Positions 13,080 through 24,998 of a stretch of 64,000 nucleotides of DNA are shown piece by piece. Below the pieces are notes generated by a model that was not told where the DNA came from, did not search any database, and saw only the letters and a list, made by a program, of their open reading frames with translations. The stretch's first letter is position 1, and every line of letters begins with the position of its first letter. The DNA lies in NCBI GenBank assembly GCA_965235115.1, contig OZ249436.1, forward strand, positions 29,204,001-29,268,000, written 5' to 3'. The DNA comes from Laetmonice hystrix (Eukaryota). The position numbers and the translations under genes were made by a program.

Positions 13080-13264
13080 TAGTCAGTGGAATCAGATCCA
13101 TCTTAGTGTATTTAGATGAAAGACCAAAAAGGAGAATTTTGTATGGCTGTACAGAAGATCCTCTGAAGCAAAACTTGCCTGAAGTGATGGAGAAAGCCCC
13201 AACAACTTGCAACATTAAAAAAGGGAAGCATCCGAATGATTCTCGGTTTTATGCTTACTTCCAG

Positions 13265-13534
13265 ATGTTGAACATTCTGCCTGTGCTTCACTCGCCGCCC
13301 AAGATAAGGAAGGGCACGGCAAACAAAGGAGAAAGAGGATATTCATGTTACATTTGTGAGAAAATATTTAGGGCTCCATCAGGGTTGGTTCGCCATATGC
13401 GCTGCCACACAGGAGAAAAACCATATGAATGTGACGTGTGTGGGAAACAGTTTGGTGAAAAGGGGAACATGAAGCAGCACCTCAGAGTCCATGATAAACG
13501 CGAGAGATTCTTTCCTGTGGGCTGTACCGACTGA
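13265..13534 (+). CDS. ZF exon 20: terminal exon, C2H2 pair
   Basis: tgcttacttccag|ATG; CYIC..APSGLVRH-TGEKPY-CDVC..EKGNMKQH. Confidence 0.85.
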   Translation: MLNILPVLHSPPKIRKGTANKGERGYSCYICEKIFRAPSGLVRHMRCHTGEKPYECDVCGKQFGEKGNMKQHLRVHDKRERFFPVGCTD

Positions 13535-13783
13535 ACTAACAAGTCACAAACTTCCCGTGTCAGTAATAGCTACAGATGGTTTATTGTTGATCCTAGGTGA
13601 TGTAGAGAAAAAGGATTGCAGTACAAAGGTTCATTTGGTTTTCATGAGTTTAATTGTGCAGTTGATACCTGTAGACCCGAAAAGAAATCCCTCTGACAAG
13701 GTATGGGTCGAAAATGGCTACAGCAGGGAATTTTACATCTAAAGGCAATTTGTTAGATTCAGACTTTTGTACTGTTCTTCCAG

Positions 13784-14032
13784 ATTGCTCAAAGTCTGCC
13801 CCTGCAGTACCTTCATGAAGCATCACACCAGTTAATGAAGAGCACTTCAACCCGGGGAAACAGACGATATCCGTGTTCCATCTGTGGGAAAGCATTTAGG
13901 GCTCCATCTCTATTGGCACCGCATTTCAGAACGCACACAGGAGAAAAACCCTTTGAGTGTGACCTCTGCGGAAAAGGGTTTGCCAAAAAAGAAAACATGA
14001 CAAAACATAGGAAAATACATGAGAGAATTTAG
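13784..14032 (+). CDS. ZF exon 21: terminal exon, C2H2 pair
   Basis: tactgttcttccag|ATT in frame with ORF 13835-14032; [30 protein letters not shown]. Confidence 0.85.
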   Translation: MAQSLPLQYLHEASHQLMKSTSTRGNRRYPCSICGKAFRAPSLLAPHFRTHTGEKPFECDLCGKGFAKKENMTKHRKIHERI

Positions 14033-14678
14033 AAACTGTGATGACATCCAGCTGGTTCACAGAACTCAAACTGACTCTATTGTTGTATGTTTTATCAACT
14101 AGAAAAGCCATCAGTGTGATGGAATCCTGATGGAGCCCTATAACTGTATGTCTTGGTCTGATGGCTTCTGGCAGTCGGGAGTTCAGTCCCTTTGCATAGA
14201 TTAGCATGCTTCATTAACCCACTATTAGGTCTGTAAAGTTGATCTGGATTCCCAGGTAAATAAAATTATATTCATATAACAAACCTTTTTATCCTGTTTT
14301 TACCATAGGTGACTGTCTTGGGCTGTTTAATGGATTTTTAGGGTGAAAAAATATAATTTGTTTATGGGATGGGTAAGATCATATACGATACACAATATTA
14401 TATGGAAGAGGTCGTGGAAAAGGCCTTGATTTTAATTAATGAAGTCGCCATAAAGGTTTCTCATACTGGATATTGATATGCACTGCCAAGTGTGCAATAT
14501 TGGAGAGGCATTTACGCGTGATCTTGTCCCTTGTCGCCTCTAAAACATCTGAACAGGCTCGCTGTGCATTAATATCTGCCCGTCTTGTAGGAAGGACGGC
14601 ACATAGTGTAAGTGGAACCGATTTGATACGCACGAAATTGCTTTCATGGCCTCATGGGTACTTGTGCTGTACTTGCAG

Positions 14679-14954
14679 ATCTACCCACGGTATGTCTCTC
14701 AGACTCTGCTACATGATGAACGAACCAAACCACTCCCACCACAGAGGAGGGCCTATTCTTGTCAAGTCTGTGGGAAATTATCTCCAACACCATCTAAATT
14801 GGAAGCTCACATCAGAACCCACACTGGAGAAAAACCCTTTGCCTGCGACCTTTGTGGTCGTGGCTTTGCCAAAAAAGAAAACATGACAAAGCATCGAAAG
14901 CAAACCCATAAAGGGACCTGGCCGCAGGATGATATTATAGGCCCCCAAGTATAA
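14679..14954 (+). CDS. ZF exon 22: terminal exon, C2H2 pair
   Basis: tgctgtacttgcag|[33 protein letters not shown]. Confidence 0.85.
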   Translation: MYPRYVSQTLLHDERTKPLPPQRRAYSCQVCGKLSPTPSKLEAHIRTHTGEKPFACDLCGRGFAKKENMTKHRKQTHKGTWPQDDIIGPQV

Positions 14955-15356
14955 GCTGCCTCCAAGGATAATGTGCTGTTAAAATTTAGGACCAAGGAGA
15001 GGCAGGTTTTTTAGGGTTGCTGCTGACCCTCAGAAGAAAACTGCCATATATGGTCTCCAGGATAGAGTGTCCCTCAGTGATGAATGGGATGGGAGGGTGG
15101 AGCGAAAAGTGTGAACATTTTGATTTGATAAAGTCGTATTAGGTCCATTCTCATAGGTAAAATGGCTATACATGGAGAAGTGTTGGACATAGTATGCAAC
15201 TACAGGACATCGCTCTCTCAGCGCCCATTGCAGAATGTCAAAAGGAAAAACAGAAATAAAGATAGAAGCACTGACTTCAGTCAGTGGTTTTTATTTGATT
15301 TTTACCAGGCGTGGATTGGAGTGCAAGTCATCATCAGTCATTTGCTGTACTTCCAG

Positions 15357-15599
15357 ATTCAACATGGGTTCTTCCTAGACCCAAACACTGAGTGCAAGGC
15401 CCAACCGGGAGTTCTGCCAAACAAGAGGACCTATTGGTGCCAAGTGTGTGGCAGGTGCTTCCAGGTGCCATCCAAACTGAAGATCCACTTCAGAACTCAC
15501 ACTGGAGAAAGACCATTTCGATGTGATCTCTGTGGCAAAGCTTTCGCTAAAAAAGAAGACATGAAAAGACACAGGAAGATTCATGAAAGGAGTCAATAG
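15357..15599 (+). CDS. ZF exon 23: terminal exon, C2H2 pair
   Basis: tgctgtacttccag|ATT; CQVC..VPSKLKIH-TGERPF-CDLC..KKEDMKRH. Confidence 0.85.
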   Translation: MQHGFFLDPNTECKAQPGVLPNKRTYWCQVCGRCFQVPSKLKIHFRTHTGERPFRCDLCGKAFAKKEDMKRHRKIHERSQ

Positions 15600-15904
15600 A
15601 CTAGTGTGATAACTCTTGGGGTGTCCATCCAAGTATCAAGTGAATATATGTGACAGGTGCTTCCCAAAGTCCATTCCGTTTTCACGTTATTAAGAAGAAG
15701 TCGAAATCTGGGTTCTTTCTCTGTTGGCTTGCAGTCTGATGCTGTAACGTTGTTTACATCATAGATATATAGTGTTTTCAAAACTCAAATTATGTTAACC
15801 AAAACTGATTATGTGGCAGGATTGACAAGTTTGATGGAGGGAGCTCACATTTTAATTATTATCTTCTGTTTTGTTTCATCGGAATTTATATGCTGTGATT
15901 CCAG

Positions 15905-16153
15905 ATCCATCATGGTATGGTGTTTAAAACACTCGCATCTGTACCACATGCCAACTGCTCCCGGGTACAACAGCTACAGAAGAGATCATATGCTTGTACA
16001 GTGTGTGGGAAACCTTTTCCAACACCATGGAAACTGGAAGCACACTTCAGAACTCATACTGGTGAAAAACCCTTCACATGTGATTACTGTGGGAAAGCTT
16101 TTGCTGAAAAAGGCAACATGATTGCACATCGTAGGATCCATGGAAGGATCTAG
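15905..16153 (+). CDS. ZF exon 24: terminal exon, C2H2 pair
   Basis: tgctgtgattccag|[33 protein letters not shown]. Confidence 0.85.
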   Translation: MHHGMVFKTLASVPHANCSRVQQLQKRSYACTVCGKPFPTPWKLEAHFRTHTGEKPFTCDYCGKAFAEKGNMIAHRRIHGRI

Positions 16154-16543
16154 GCCAGCGAAAGAAAAACAAAACTGGGATGCATGGAGCTCCGGTTGAA
16201 ATATTGAAGTTATGCATTGTTATCGTTTTTTTATGAATGGATTGGCAAGAGTTTCAAAACAGTAGTTACCTTTTTTATAGATGATCTTAGTTTTCTCTTT
16301 CTTTAACGCAGAATAGTGAAGTGTTTTATCTAACCCACACTAAACTTCAATAAAACATGGCATGACTTCTTGTTTCATGCCTGAAATCCAAGTTGTGTAT
16401 CACCCGTGATTTTCTGTATTGGCATCGGAAGTGACTCACAGAGTGGCAAGAATAGATTGTGAGCAGGGCCTGGAAGAAAACGTGCTTGAAAATCGAGGTT
16501 ATGCAACACAGCTGAATGTTTTCCAAACGGTTTCTGCTTCCAG

Positions 16544-16822
16544 GTCCAGGGCCAACATTCCTTTGGGGAACAGGCAGGGTCAGTCCAGCCACAGAAAAGG
16601 TCAGCTGGGCTGCTGAAGAAAATCTACACTTGTAAGGTGTGCGGCAAAGAATTTAGCTGGCCTTCAACATTAGAATGTCACTTCAGAATTCACACAGGAG
16701 AGGCTCCATTCAAATGTGATATTTGTGGGAGGGCATTTAATAGAAACCAGAATATGACAAGGCATCGGAGGAGTCGGCATCCAACCATAAAGGATAATAG
16801 ACAAAAAGATTTTTCTTGCTAG
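16544..16822 (+). CDS. ZF exon 25: terminal exon, C2H2 pair
   Basis: gtttctgcttccag|[62 protein letters not shown]; no Met before finger 1. Confidence 0.85.
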   Translation, partial: VQGQHSFGEQAGSVQPQKRSAGLLKKIYTCKVCGKEFSWPSTLECHFRIHTGEAPFKCDICGRAFNRNQNMTRHRRSRHPTIKDNRQKDFSC

Positions 16823-16988
16823 CTCTATCAATCAAACAAACACCTTGCAGGATCAATATTTTTGTGCAGAGCCATCTGGAAAGACGGGAACATATCGTAC
16901 CAAGCGAGAACTAAAAGAAGCAATTGACTACCTTGCATAGCTATAAAGAAATGAGTTGTGCTATATAGGCTATCTCCTCTGCTTCCAG

Positions 16989-17240
16989 ATCCCCGGCCCT
17001 GTTGCAAGTCAAACTTTGCGAACAAACCCAAACAGCCAGAACAACCAAGTGTCAATGTTGCAAAGAAGAATTGCCTACGCATGCATGGTCTGTGGGAAAG
17101 AATTGCCATCACCTTCAAAATTAGAATGTCACTTCAGAACGCACACAGGAGAGGCCCCATTCAAATGTGATATTTGTGGGAGGGCATTCAGTAGAAGCCA
17201 GAACATGACAAGACATCGGAAGAGTCAGCATCATGTGTAA
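16989..17240 (+). CDS. ZF exon 26: terminal exon, chimeric (5' like exon 27, 3' like exon 25)
   Basis: ctcctctgcttccag|ATC; CMVC..SPSKLECH-TGEAPF-CDIC..RSQNMTRH. Confidence 0.85.
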   Translation: MPGPVASQTLRTNPNSQNNQVSMLQRRIAYACMVCGKELPSPSKLECHFRTHTGEAPFKCDICGRAFSRSQNMTRHRKSQHHV

Positions 17241-17514
17241 ACAGACAATAGATCAACTATCTCCAATGTGAAACTGTCCTAGAGCAGTCGTTATGACTTC
17301 ACTAGCGGTGTCTTTCAGAGATTGATAGTTGTTTCTGGCTCTGTCAATCAAACGAACATGAGAGCACTTCGCAGCATCAAAAGTTCTGTACACAGTCCTG
17401 GAAGTCAGGAGCGTTTCACATAAAGCCAGTACTGAAACAAGAAATTGACTTCCTTGCGATGGTTTAGAAAAATGAGTTGCAATGTGCTATATAGGCTATC
17501 TCCTATGCTTCCAG

Positions 17515-17769
17515 ATCCCCGGTCCTGTTGCAAGTCAAACTTTGCCAACAATCCCAAACCGCCAGAACAAGGAAGTGTCCATGTTGCAAAGAAGATTTGT
17601 CTACAGGTGCATGGTCTGTGGGAAAGAATTTCCAACACCTTCAAAATTAGATGTTCACTTCAGAACTCACACAGGAGAAAAGCCTTACAGATGTCAACTG
17701 TGCGAAAAGTTGTTTTCTGAAAAAGGATCAATGCTTAGACATTGTAGGAATCTTCATGGAATACTGTGA
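17515..17769 (+). CDS. ZF exon 27: terminal exon, C2H2 pair
   Basis: ctcctatgcttccag|[33 protein letters not shown]. Confidence 0.85.
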   Translation: MPGPVASQTLPTIPNRQNKEVSMLQRRFVYRCMVCGKEFPTPSKLDVHFRTHTGEKPYRCQLCEKLFSEKGSMLRHCRNLHGIL

Positions 17770-18116
17770 TCAAAGAGTGTTCAATGCCCAAATTTGAACT
17801 TTACTATAAATGGATCAACTCTGGTGGTTGCAAACTCTCGGTGGCTGAAGCAAACATGATGTTTTTCTTTGAAGGAATGATACCAGTGTTCAATTTGAAT
17901 GAACTTATCCCGTATGGCAGTGGGATAAGGCTGTGACTTTATCAAGACATGTCTTTTTCACTGCAGTGGGTATTCGTGGCAAGCAATATTTGAGAAGCTT
18001 TGATCGATGTGTAGGAACTGTGTATTGTGAGAAAAATAAGAATAAAGTAAGAAGTGCTGAACATGATCACGTCATTATAATTAATCTATAGTTAATAGGG
18101 TTTTCTGATTTTTCAG

Positions 18117-18362
18117 GTGCACCAGGAATTCCACTTCCAAAACATATCGTCACTTCAACTTTTTAAATCCTACAAGATGCAGTCGTCACAGATGAAAAGT
18201 TATCAATGTCAAATTTGTGGGAAAGAATTCCCAACACCCTCTAAGTTAGAGGTGCATGGAAGGAGTCATTCGGGAGAAAGGCCTTACAAATGTGATTTGT
18301 GTGATAAAGGATTCACAACAAAACAGAACATGCAGCAGCATCGTAGAATCCATAGGAAATAG
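18117..18362 (+). CDS. ZF exon 28: terminal exon, C2H2 pair
   Basis: ttctgatttttcag|GTG; CQIC..TPSKLEVH-SGERPY-CDLC..TKQNMQQH. Confidence 0.85.
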   Translation: MHQEFHFQNISSLQLFKSYKMQSSQMKSYQCQICGKEFPTPSKLEVHGRSHSGERPYKCDLCDKGFTTKQNMQQHRRIHRK

Positions 18363-18581
18363 GTCAACCACAGTACATTTTCCTCTTTATAGATTCAAGA
18401 GGATCTGTCTTCATGCAGAAAGTTTTAAGTTCTTTGTGGGGAGGTAACAACAGGCAAGCACCCATCACAGCACACATCCCCATGGGTTGGCGCAAGTTTG
18501 TTCAAGTATTGACATCTGGTAATGCCATCCCGGCGACGACTTAACATTATCACTATTAGGTATTTTCTGCTGTGCTTGCAG

Positions 18582-18722
18582 ATGTTAGGCTATCCACAGG
18601 AGACAGCTGGTCATTCCGGCAGTACCACTGCTCAGTATAGATTTTGTCTCATGCTTGTCACTCAAGCATTGCCCTTTCTTTTTGCAGATATGGACACGCA
18701 ATACTTGGAGCTCATTGCATGA
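18582..18722 (+). pseudogene. Internally deleted copy of ZF exon 30 (acceptor intact, fingers deleted)
   Basis: tgtgcttgcag|ATGTTAGGCTATCC..ACCACT matches 19249-19296, then joins directly to sequence matching 19562 onward; frame closes at 18722 without fingers. Confidence 0.75.
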
Positions 18723-18933
18723 CAGTGTACCAATTAAACAGAGCAGGGAAAGCAAGTCAAATAAGAAGACTATTGTGTGTCAAGTCTGTGGAAAAGAATT
18801 TCTCTACCCGTCTAAATACCAACAGCATTTAAGGATACATACAGGCGAAAAGCCATTCAAATGTGATTTGTGCGACAGAGGATTCACAACAAAACAGAAC
18901 ATGCAGCAGCATCGTAGACTCCATAGAAAATAG
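18688..18933 (+). CDS. ZF exon 29: terminal exon, chimeric (finger 1 like exon 31, finger 2 like exon 28)
   Basis: tttctttttgcag|[33 protein letters not shown]. Confidence 0.85.
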   Translation: MWTRNTWSSLHDSVPIKQSRESKSNKKTIVCQVCGKEFLYPSKYQQHLRIHTGEKPFKCDLCDRGFTTKQNMQQHRRLHRK

Positions 18934-19248
18934 GTCAACCACAGTACATTTTCCTAGCTGGCTATAGATTCAAGAGGACTCAAAATGAAAGTCTGGTCTG
19001 TCTTGATGCAGAAAGTTTTTTTGCTTTTTTTAATGTTTTGTTTTTGTGGGGAGGTAACAACAGACAAGCACCCGTGTACAGCAGTTTGTGGGCAGGTATT
19101 GGGACGGTGTCGCAGTTTCTTGTTTTAATCACAGCAGACGTCCCGATGGGTTGGCGCAGGTTTGTTCATGTATTGACATCTGGTAATGCCATCTCGGTGA
19201 CAACTTAACATTATCACTATTGGGTAATTTCTTCTGCTGTGCTTGCAG

Positions 19249-19506
19249 ATGTTAGGCTATCCACAGGAGACAGCTGGTCATTCCGGCAGTACCACTACTC
19301 TGCCAAAAAGGACCTCCTCCGTATGTCTGGTCTGTGGGAAGCAGTTCCAGTTCCCATCCAAACTTGCGGCACACATGCGAATTCACACTGGAGAGAAACC
19401 CTTCAACTGCAGTGTTTGTGGGAGGGCTTTCAATATCAAGTCAAACATGCAACAGCATTATCTAAGGCATCAAAACTACACAGGACAGAAAAGGGACTCT
19501 TGTTGA
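19249..19506 (+). CDS. ZF exon 30: terminal exon, C2H2 pair
   Basis: ctgtgcttgcag|[33 protein letters not shown]. Confidence 0.85.
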   Translation: MLGYPQETAGHSGSTTTLPKRTSSVCLVCGKQFQFPSKLAAHMRIHTGEKPFNCSVCGRAFNIKSNMQQHYLRHQNYTGQKRDSC

Positions 19507-19622
19507 AAATCACTGGCCTATTGTTTATTAAATTGATTTAATGTTATTCCTACAGAGCGGTCTGCTCAGTATAGATTTTGTCTCATGCTTGTCACTCAAG
19601 CATTGCCCTTTCTTTTTTGCAG

Positions 19623-19871
19623 ATATGGACACGCAATACTTGGAGCTCATTGCATGGCAGTGTACCAATTAAACAAAGCATGGAAAGCAAGTCAAATAAG
19701 ACTATTGTGTGTCAAGTCTGTGGAAAAGAATTTCTCTACCCGTCTAAATACCAACAGCATTTTAGGATGCATACAGGCGAAAAGCCATTCAAATGTCCTG
19801 TGTGTTTTCGGCAGTTCTCCGATAAGGGAAACTTGAAGAAACATCACCAGCAGGTTCATCAGGTTAGATGA
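19623..19871 (+). CDS. ZF exon 31: terminal exon, C2H2 pair
   Basis: ttcttttttgcag|[33 protein letters not shown]. Confidence 0.85.
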   Translation: MWTRNTWSSLHGSVPIKQSMESKSNKTIVCQVCGKEFLYPSKYQQHFRMHTGEKPFKCPVCFRQFSDKGNLKKHHQQVHQVR

Positions 19872-19930
19872 GAGTAGAAAAGATTTTTAATTATCCCAAG
19901 GTTTCATAGTAGATATTCTACTGTTTTCAG

Positions 19931-20164
19931 ATGCAGGGAGTACAGGCCAAGCACATACAACCTAGTTTTGCAATGAGAGGCCAGGGGGTACGTAAGCACC
20001 ACCAGCACCAGTGTCCTATTTGTGGGAAGTTCAACCTGACTCAATCAAGATATGAAAACCACATGAGAACGCATACAGGAGAAAAACCCTTCTCTTGCCA
20101 TATCTGTGGCAAAGCTTTCAATGATAGCTCCAACAGAAATAGACACCTCAAACTTCATCAGTGA
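19931..20164 (+). CDS. ZF exon 32: terminal exon, C2H2 pair
   Basis: ctactgttttcag|[39 protein letters not shown] at 20212. Confidence 0.85.
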   Translation: MQGVQAKHIQPSFAMRGQGVRKHHQHQCPICGKFNLTQSRYENHMRTHTGEKPFSCHICGKAFNDSSNRNRHLKLHQ

Positions 20165-20621
20165 GAGAGCAGAATATATTGGGAGATATGCTGTTTTAGA
20201 CGGTTAAAAGTAATAAAAGGAAACCAATGCACATTACATACCATAATTATCTCAAGATATTGCATTTGACTTTAATAAAACGGCTTTAGGGAAGATGTAA
20301 AGCGATTGCAGAACCAGAATCGAGGGGCAAGTTTGACTTCTTATTTGCTGAAGGCATGAACCACTATAGGATTTGAGTGCTTATGGAGAATTGAATGTGA
20401 AAGCTACTTCTGCCGACCAACCTTCAAAAAGGGTGTGACAGGATGCCAATCAAACGTCAGGTCTAGGAGATCTAGATCCTTCGTACAATATCGTGAGACT
20501 TTGTACAGAGCACTTAGCTGAACTTATGAAGGGCTGCATTCTGAGAATAACATAAGATTAGAGGTATCCCATTCTATCTCTGCAGGTGGTGCCTTCAAAG
20601 GTTTAACTATTGTACTTTCAG

Positions 20622-20894
20622 GTCATGATGCAAATGGACCCACACGAGCTGGAAAAGTGGCAAGTTTCTAAGGTGGTAGAGTGTAGTATGATGGGAGGTT
20701 CTACTCAAGTGCACAGCTGTCAATTTTGCGGAAAACAATTTCCGACTCGTTGGAAGTTAGAAACGCATAATAGAACACACACTGGCGAAAAACCTTTTCA
20801 GTGTTTAACATGTCAGAAGTATTTTAGACAAAAAGGAACTTTAAAAAGACATATGGTGTCTGTGCACAAAGAAGACATTTCAGACAGTACATGA
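20622..20894 (+). CDS. ZF exon 33: terminal exon, C2H2 pair
   Basis: tattgtactttcag|[33 protein letters not shown]. Confidence 0.85.
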   Translation, partial: VMMQMDPHELEKWQVSKVVECSMMGGSTQVHSCQFCGKQFPTRWKLETHNRTHTGEKPFQCLTCQKYFRQKGTLKRHMVSVHKEDISDST

Positions 20895-22665
20895 TGAATC
20901 ACTTAGGGTGCGTGGTACAGATAAAACTACTTAGTAGCCCTGCATTATGAGGACAGGTATATATCAGCCCCCCCCCCCCCAAAAAAAAAACGAGCGGTGA
21001 CCTCGTAGCTATATTTTAGTGGTCAGACGTGGATGTATAAGAGTTTTGTTTCACTCTGTTGACGGGAAGTATGCATTTGTGGACCAGCAAGCAACCTACA
21101 GGTGTTTTTATTTTAAGAAAAAAAAACATCGTTTGTTACTCATTACTTGATTACCATGTTGCCAGTCCCCTGAAGCGAACTCTTATTTTCTGTTTCATGT
21201 CATGTTCGAGTTCATTATAATAAAGAATTAACAAAGAAACATTTCTCTTGTTATAAGTGCATCTCCCTTGTTTCGACTGGCTTCATTAGCTGTAACAGAT
21301 TTCATCATTATTCAGAGTCTTAAACCGGAGCCCTGGCTATATATAGGGCCAACATGGCACCTTCCCCAGTAGCCCAACCGATTTGAAATGTGACAGGTCT
21401 CCACCCCATTTTTCAAATGTTTGCAAAATAACCAGAGACGGAGAACTTACATACACTTTCAAACTGTTCTATCAAAAGCAGAAGATACGGGAACGATAAT
21501 ATACACTTGACATGAACATCAACCAAACCCCTTTTCTGAAATATGTGACAGAAAATGTATGTTCTCTGTGTGTTTGCCAATTTGAATTTACCAGTAAGTG
21601 GTCATGTGACCCAACGCGTCATTCAGTGGGAGGAGCATAATGAGTTTGTAATGAGCCCTCTACCATGTGGGTGCTCTTGGGGGCTGGACCTTGGTCAGTG
21701 ATTTATTACCCTCGAACGGTCGGTAGGTCCCACTGCAGGTTCCCCTTTAAATTAAGATGCAAACAAATACCTATTAAAGAGAGATTGATCCGATGTTTAA
21801 AAAGTTTAAAAAAAATTGTTTTTAAAAAGGTCCGGAGCTCAACAGTTTGTAATTGTAAACCCCTCCTTCAATGTTACAGGCTTAATATTGTGCGAATAGG
21901 ATTTGTCCTGCATGGAATGAAAGGGTTAATTGGTAAAAGGTACCTTTAAAATCTTCAAATGTAAATATTTCCCTATTTAAGGCCATGTCATGAGATAAGC
22001 CCATTTCATTCTCGATTGTATATTTTATAAGGAATACAGGGGAGGACCTTAAAATGCACCTTTAAAATGATTTAAAATGAAGAAATCCAACTATTTCCGA
22101 TATAGTTGCCTACATGTTTGCAAATTCACCTCAGACCAGACGCCAATCATGTTTGCTAGAATATCACTTTGTAACCTGTCGTATAAAAAACGGGTTCGGT
22201 ACATCGGGGTCATGTTTGGTTTCTGTATGCGAAGGTGTGCTCGAGGGGGCGACTAAACACTGAAACCCAGCCAATTTACCGAAAACGACCTTGGTATATC
22301 GATACCGACCTCCAGATGGCAATGAGGTCGTCACCTTCGGCCAGTTTTGGTTGCTTTCATTGTTTAGTCGGGCCGTGCGGGGTAAAACGTGATTACATTT
22401 TTCACATCCAAGTAAAGAATGGCACCTTTGCTCATCCAGTTTCGCTATTGTTGAAGGTGGACACTTGATGAGGTAGATCATTGTAATATGATATATTTCT
22501 GTGCAGAGAAGACAGCGGGTTATCTCTGGGAAAGTTGATGTAATTGGATCCCTTTAACTCGTAGCCGTCAAGCAATGTCTTGTCAGAGGTTGCTTTAAAT
22601 TATGTTGAATTACGAACATATCATGAAGCCATTATTATTGGTTTTGGCTTCTGGTGTACTTGCAG

Positions 22666-22995
22666 GTTTGCCTCAGTCAGTTGCATACCGCCTGCAGCAT
22701 ACAGACATCCTCTAAAGACAGTCAGCCAAGGTCAACCCCTCTCCTCGTACTGCCTTCGCATACCGCCAGTCTAGCTCTTGGGCCCCAAATTGATGCACAG
22801 TCCGCTGAGAGGAAATTGTCGTGTAAGACTTGTGGCAAGAGGTTTGCTTTTATGTCACACCTTGAGATTCACATGCGAAGCCACACAGGGGAAAAGCCGT
22901 TCTCATGTGACATTTGTGGAAAGTATTTTACAACCAAAGGCAATATGCATCAGCATCGAATGACGCATAGAAATTCCCGATCTGGCCAGGATTAA
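22666..22995 (+). CDS. ZF exon 34: terminal exon, C2H2 pair
   Basis: ggtgtacttgcag|[39 protein letters not shown] at 23081. Confidence 0.85.
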   Translation, partial: VCLSQLHTACSIQTSSKDSQPRSTPLLVLPSHTASLALGPQIDAQSAERKLSCKTCGKRFAFMSHLEIHMRSHTGEKPFSCDICGKYFTTKGNMHQHRMTHRNSRSGQD

Positions 22996-23449
22996 CAAAT
23001 ATGTGAATAGGCCTCTGCATCATTCAACATCTGTTATTGAAGAAGAAAAGAAAATGTTTTAGTGCTGGGCAGAGCTTATAAATAAATGTACGCGTGGTTA
23101 TCAGACTGGTGACATATTCGTCTGACTGGTCATGTTTAGATGAAGTTACATGTAATGTCATCGTTGGGTGCATGTGGATTATTTGAGTTCAGTGGTGGCA
23201 GGATCGAAGGCAGAAAATTCTTGGGTCCTGGCCCTGCTTTTTAGTTTGCAAACCCAGTCTTAAGATTTAAATCATTTTAGACTAACCTCTTTTAGAGCTT
23301 CTGATTGGTCCTTCAAATGAAGTCAGCCAATGAGAGACCATAACAGAAGTCAGTCTTAAAATTCTTAAGATTGGTAAAATAACAAACTAAAAACCGGGCC
23401 CAGGGAGGGGGCCACACTCAAAATGGAACACGGGTCCTCCCAGCTCCGA

Positions 23450-23790
23450 TATATATACTACTCACAATTTGCTAAGGATCACCCTCCTGCACCCTCAGTG
23501 GCGGCACCAGGATTCACAAACTGGAGTGGGCAAATGGAGGGCGAGCAAACAGTTTGGGGGCTAACTGCTTAATGTACCGGTATGCTTCAGTTTTACATTT
23601 TTTTACTAGAGAGGCAAGCATCATGAAAAATGCCCCCCATGCCCGACGTTGTAGTGAAAATGATCGACTTAATTTCAAATGCTCCCCGTGGTGCCGCCAC
23701 TGGTCACAACCGTTTTTGGATCTCACCTTAATCCGATAGAGCATGCATGGGACAGGCGCCAGGCTACAGTGGCAAATTGTGAGTATATAT
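23450..23790. mobile_element. Nested MITEs: inner element 23496-23702 inside an outer inverted-repeat element
   Basis: Inner TIRs cagtggcggcacca / tggtgccgccactg; outer inverted pair ctcacaatttgc (~23461) / gcaaattgtgag (~23772). Confidence 0.55.
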
Positions 23791-24493
23791 TGAAGAGCTT
23801 AGAGGTCATCTAAAGTTAGTAGAGGGGCCTCTCCCCCTCCAGCAATGTACAAACCGTCAATTTTTGGCTAGAAACAAAACAGTGTGTTTTCTCGGTAAGG
23901 ACTTAGACTAGAAATTGGACTGCCATTTTTTAAATCTTTATACATGATCTTATACTGACTTCGAGTCTTGTCTTGGGAGAATAATAAACATGACACTCTC
24001 CTAATTTTCTGTCCACTTATTTGTCTAATTGCATACAAAAATTAAAGCTAATGAGGTCATGGTACATGTACTTATTTTTCGAGAGGAATGGCAGCCTACG
24101 ATTCTTTAATTAATACCAAACTAAAATGTTTCGCATACACTCTGGTCTAATGAATATGTAAAACACAGGAGGGACAGACACACATAATTCATCACAAGTT
24201 TTGAAAGTAAAGGTTGTTCGTCGACACTCTGCTATATGCATCAGTATTCCCCATACAGTAATTTCTGAAAGTACAGATTTCTCACGATCATACTGAACAA
24301 ACTCTGGTCGAAAAATGGATCTTAAAACTCGTGATAGAATGACTCGAAATCGACCTTTCAGATTGATAAAAGTGATGATAGTTCAGTAAAATGCAGGACA
24401 GTAAGGTACTTTAGATTGTAACTCTATGCCGACACCCAACTGTCAGACGTAGCGACATTTGTGGACAAACAGAAAACCTTTATCAAGTCTGAT

Positions 24494-24616
24494 GTAAGCT
24501 GTCAAGTGTGTGTGAGGAACCTTCACAATATGAAAGTCTATATGAGGAGTTGCACTGGTGAAAACACTGTTCAAGTTTGAAAAGTGTGAAACAAACATTC
24601 ACAACCAGAGGCAGTC
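24494..24616 (+). pseudogene. Decayed ZF cassette
   Basis: VSCQVCVRNLHNMKVYMRSCTGEN then frameshifted ..FTTRGS; resembles exons 35/36 (NLKVHMR.HTGE.P..C..C...FTTK.N). Confidence 0.6.
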
Positions 24617-24998
24617 AGTCTAAAGCAACGTCCAATTTGTTTCTCTCACGGAAAGATATAAATTCTGATGCTTTGCAGCGGGATAGTGTGGTGATCATGT
24701 GCATCTTTGGCAGTTTTCCACCTGGAGTAGAGTCTGTTTTGCCAGTGCAGTCGTACTCGACTGCTGGACCTTTAGGTTAGAGTACGTTATAGTGAAAATG
24801 ATCGACTTCGCAAATGGTACATCTACCAGTGAGGTATTGAGACGAGTTCCTTCAGTCTCCTTCAATCAGGCAGTTCATGTAAAATCCTGGTATCTAGAAA
24901 TAAATTCGTCTTAGAACTAATTCTAAAAACTAGTTAAGTTCTTTATTTAAACCACAAGAAGTTAAAATGACCCAGAACTGGTTAAAATATATTTGCAG

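Noticed and set aside
13926..14207. Possible LINE RT fragment (IYAKGLNSRL) on the minus strand
   Set aside because: Single weak motif with no supporting neighbours.
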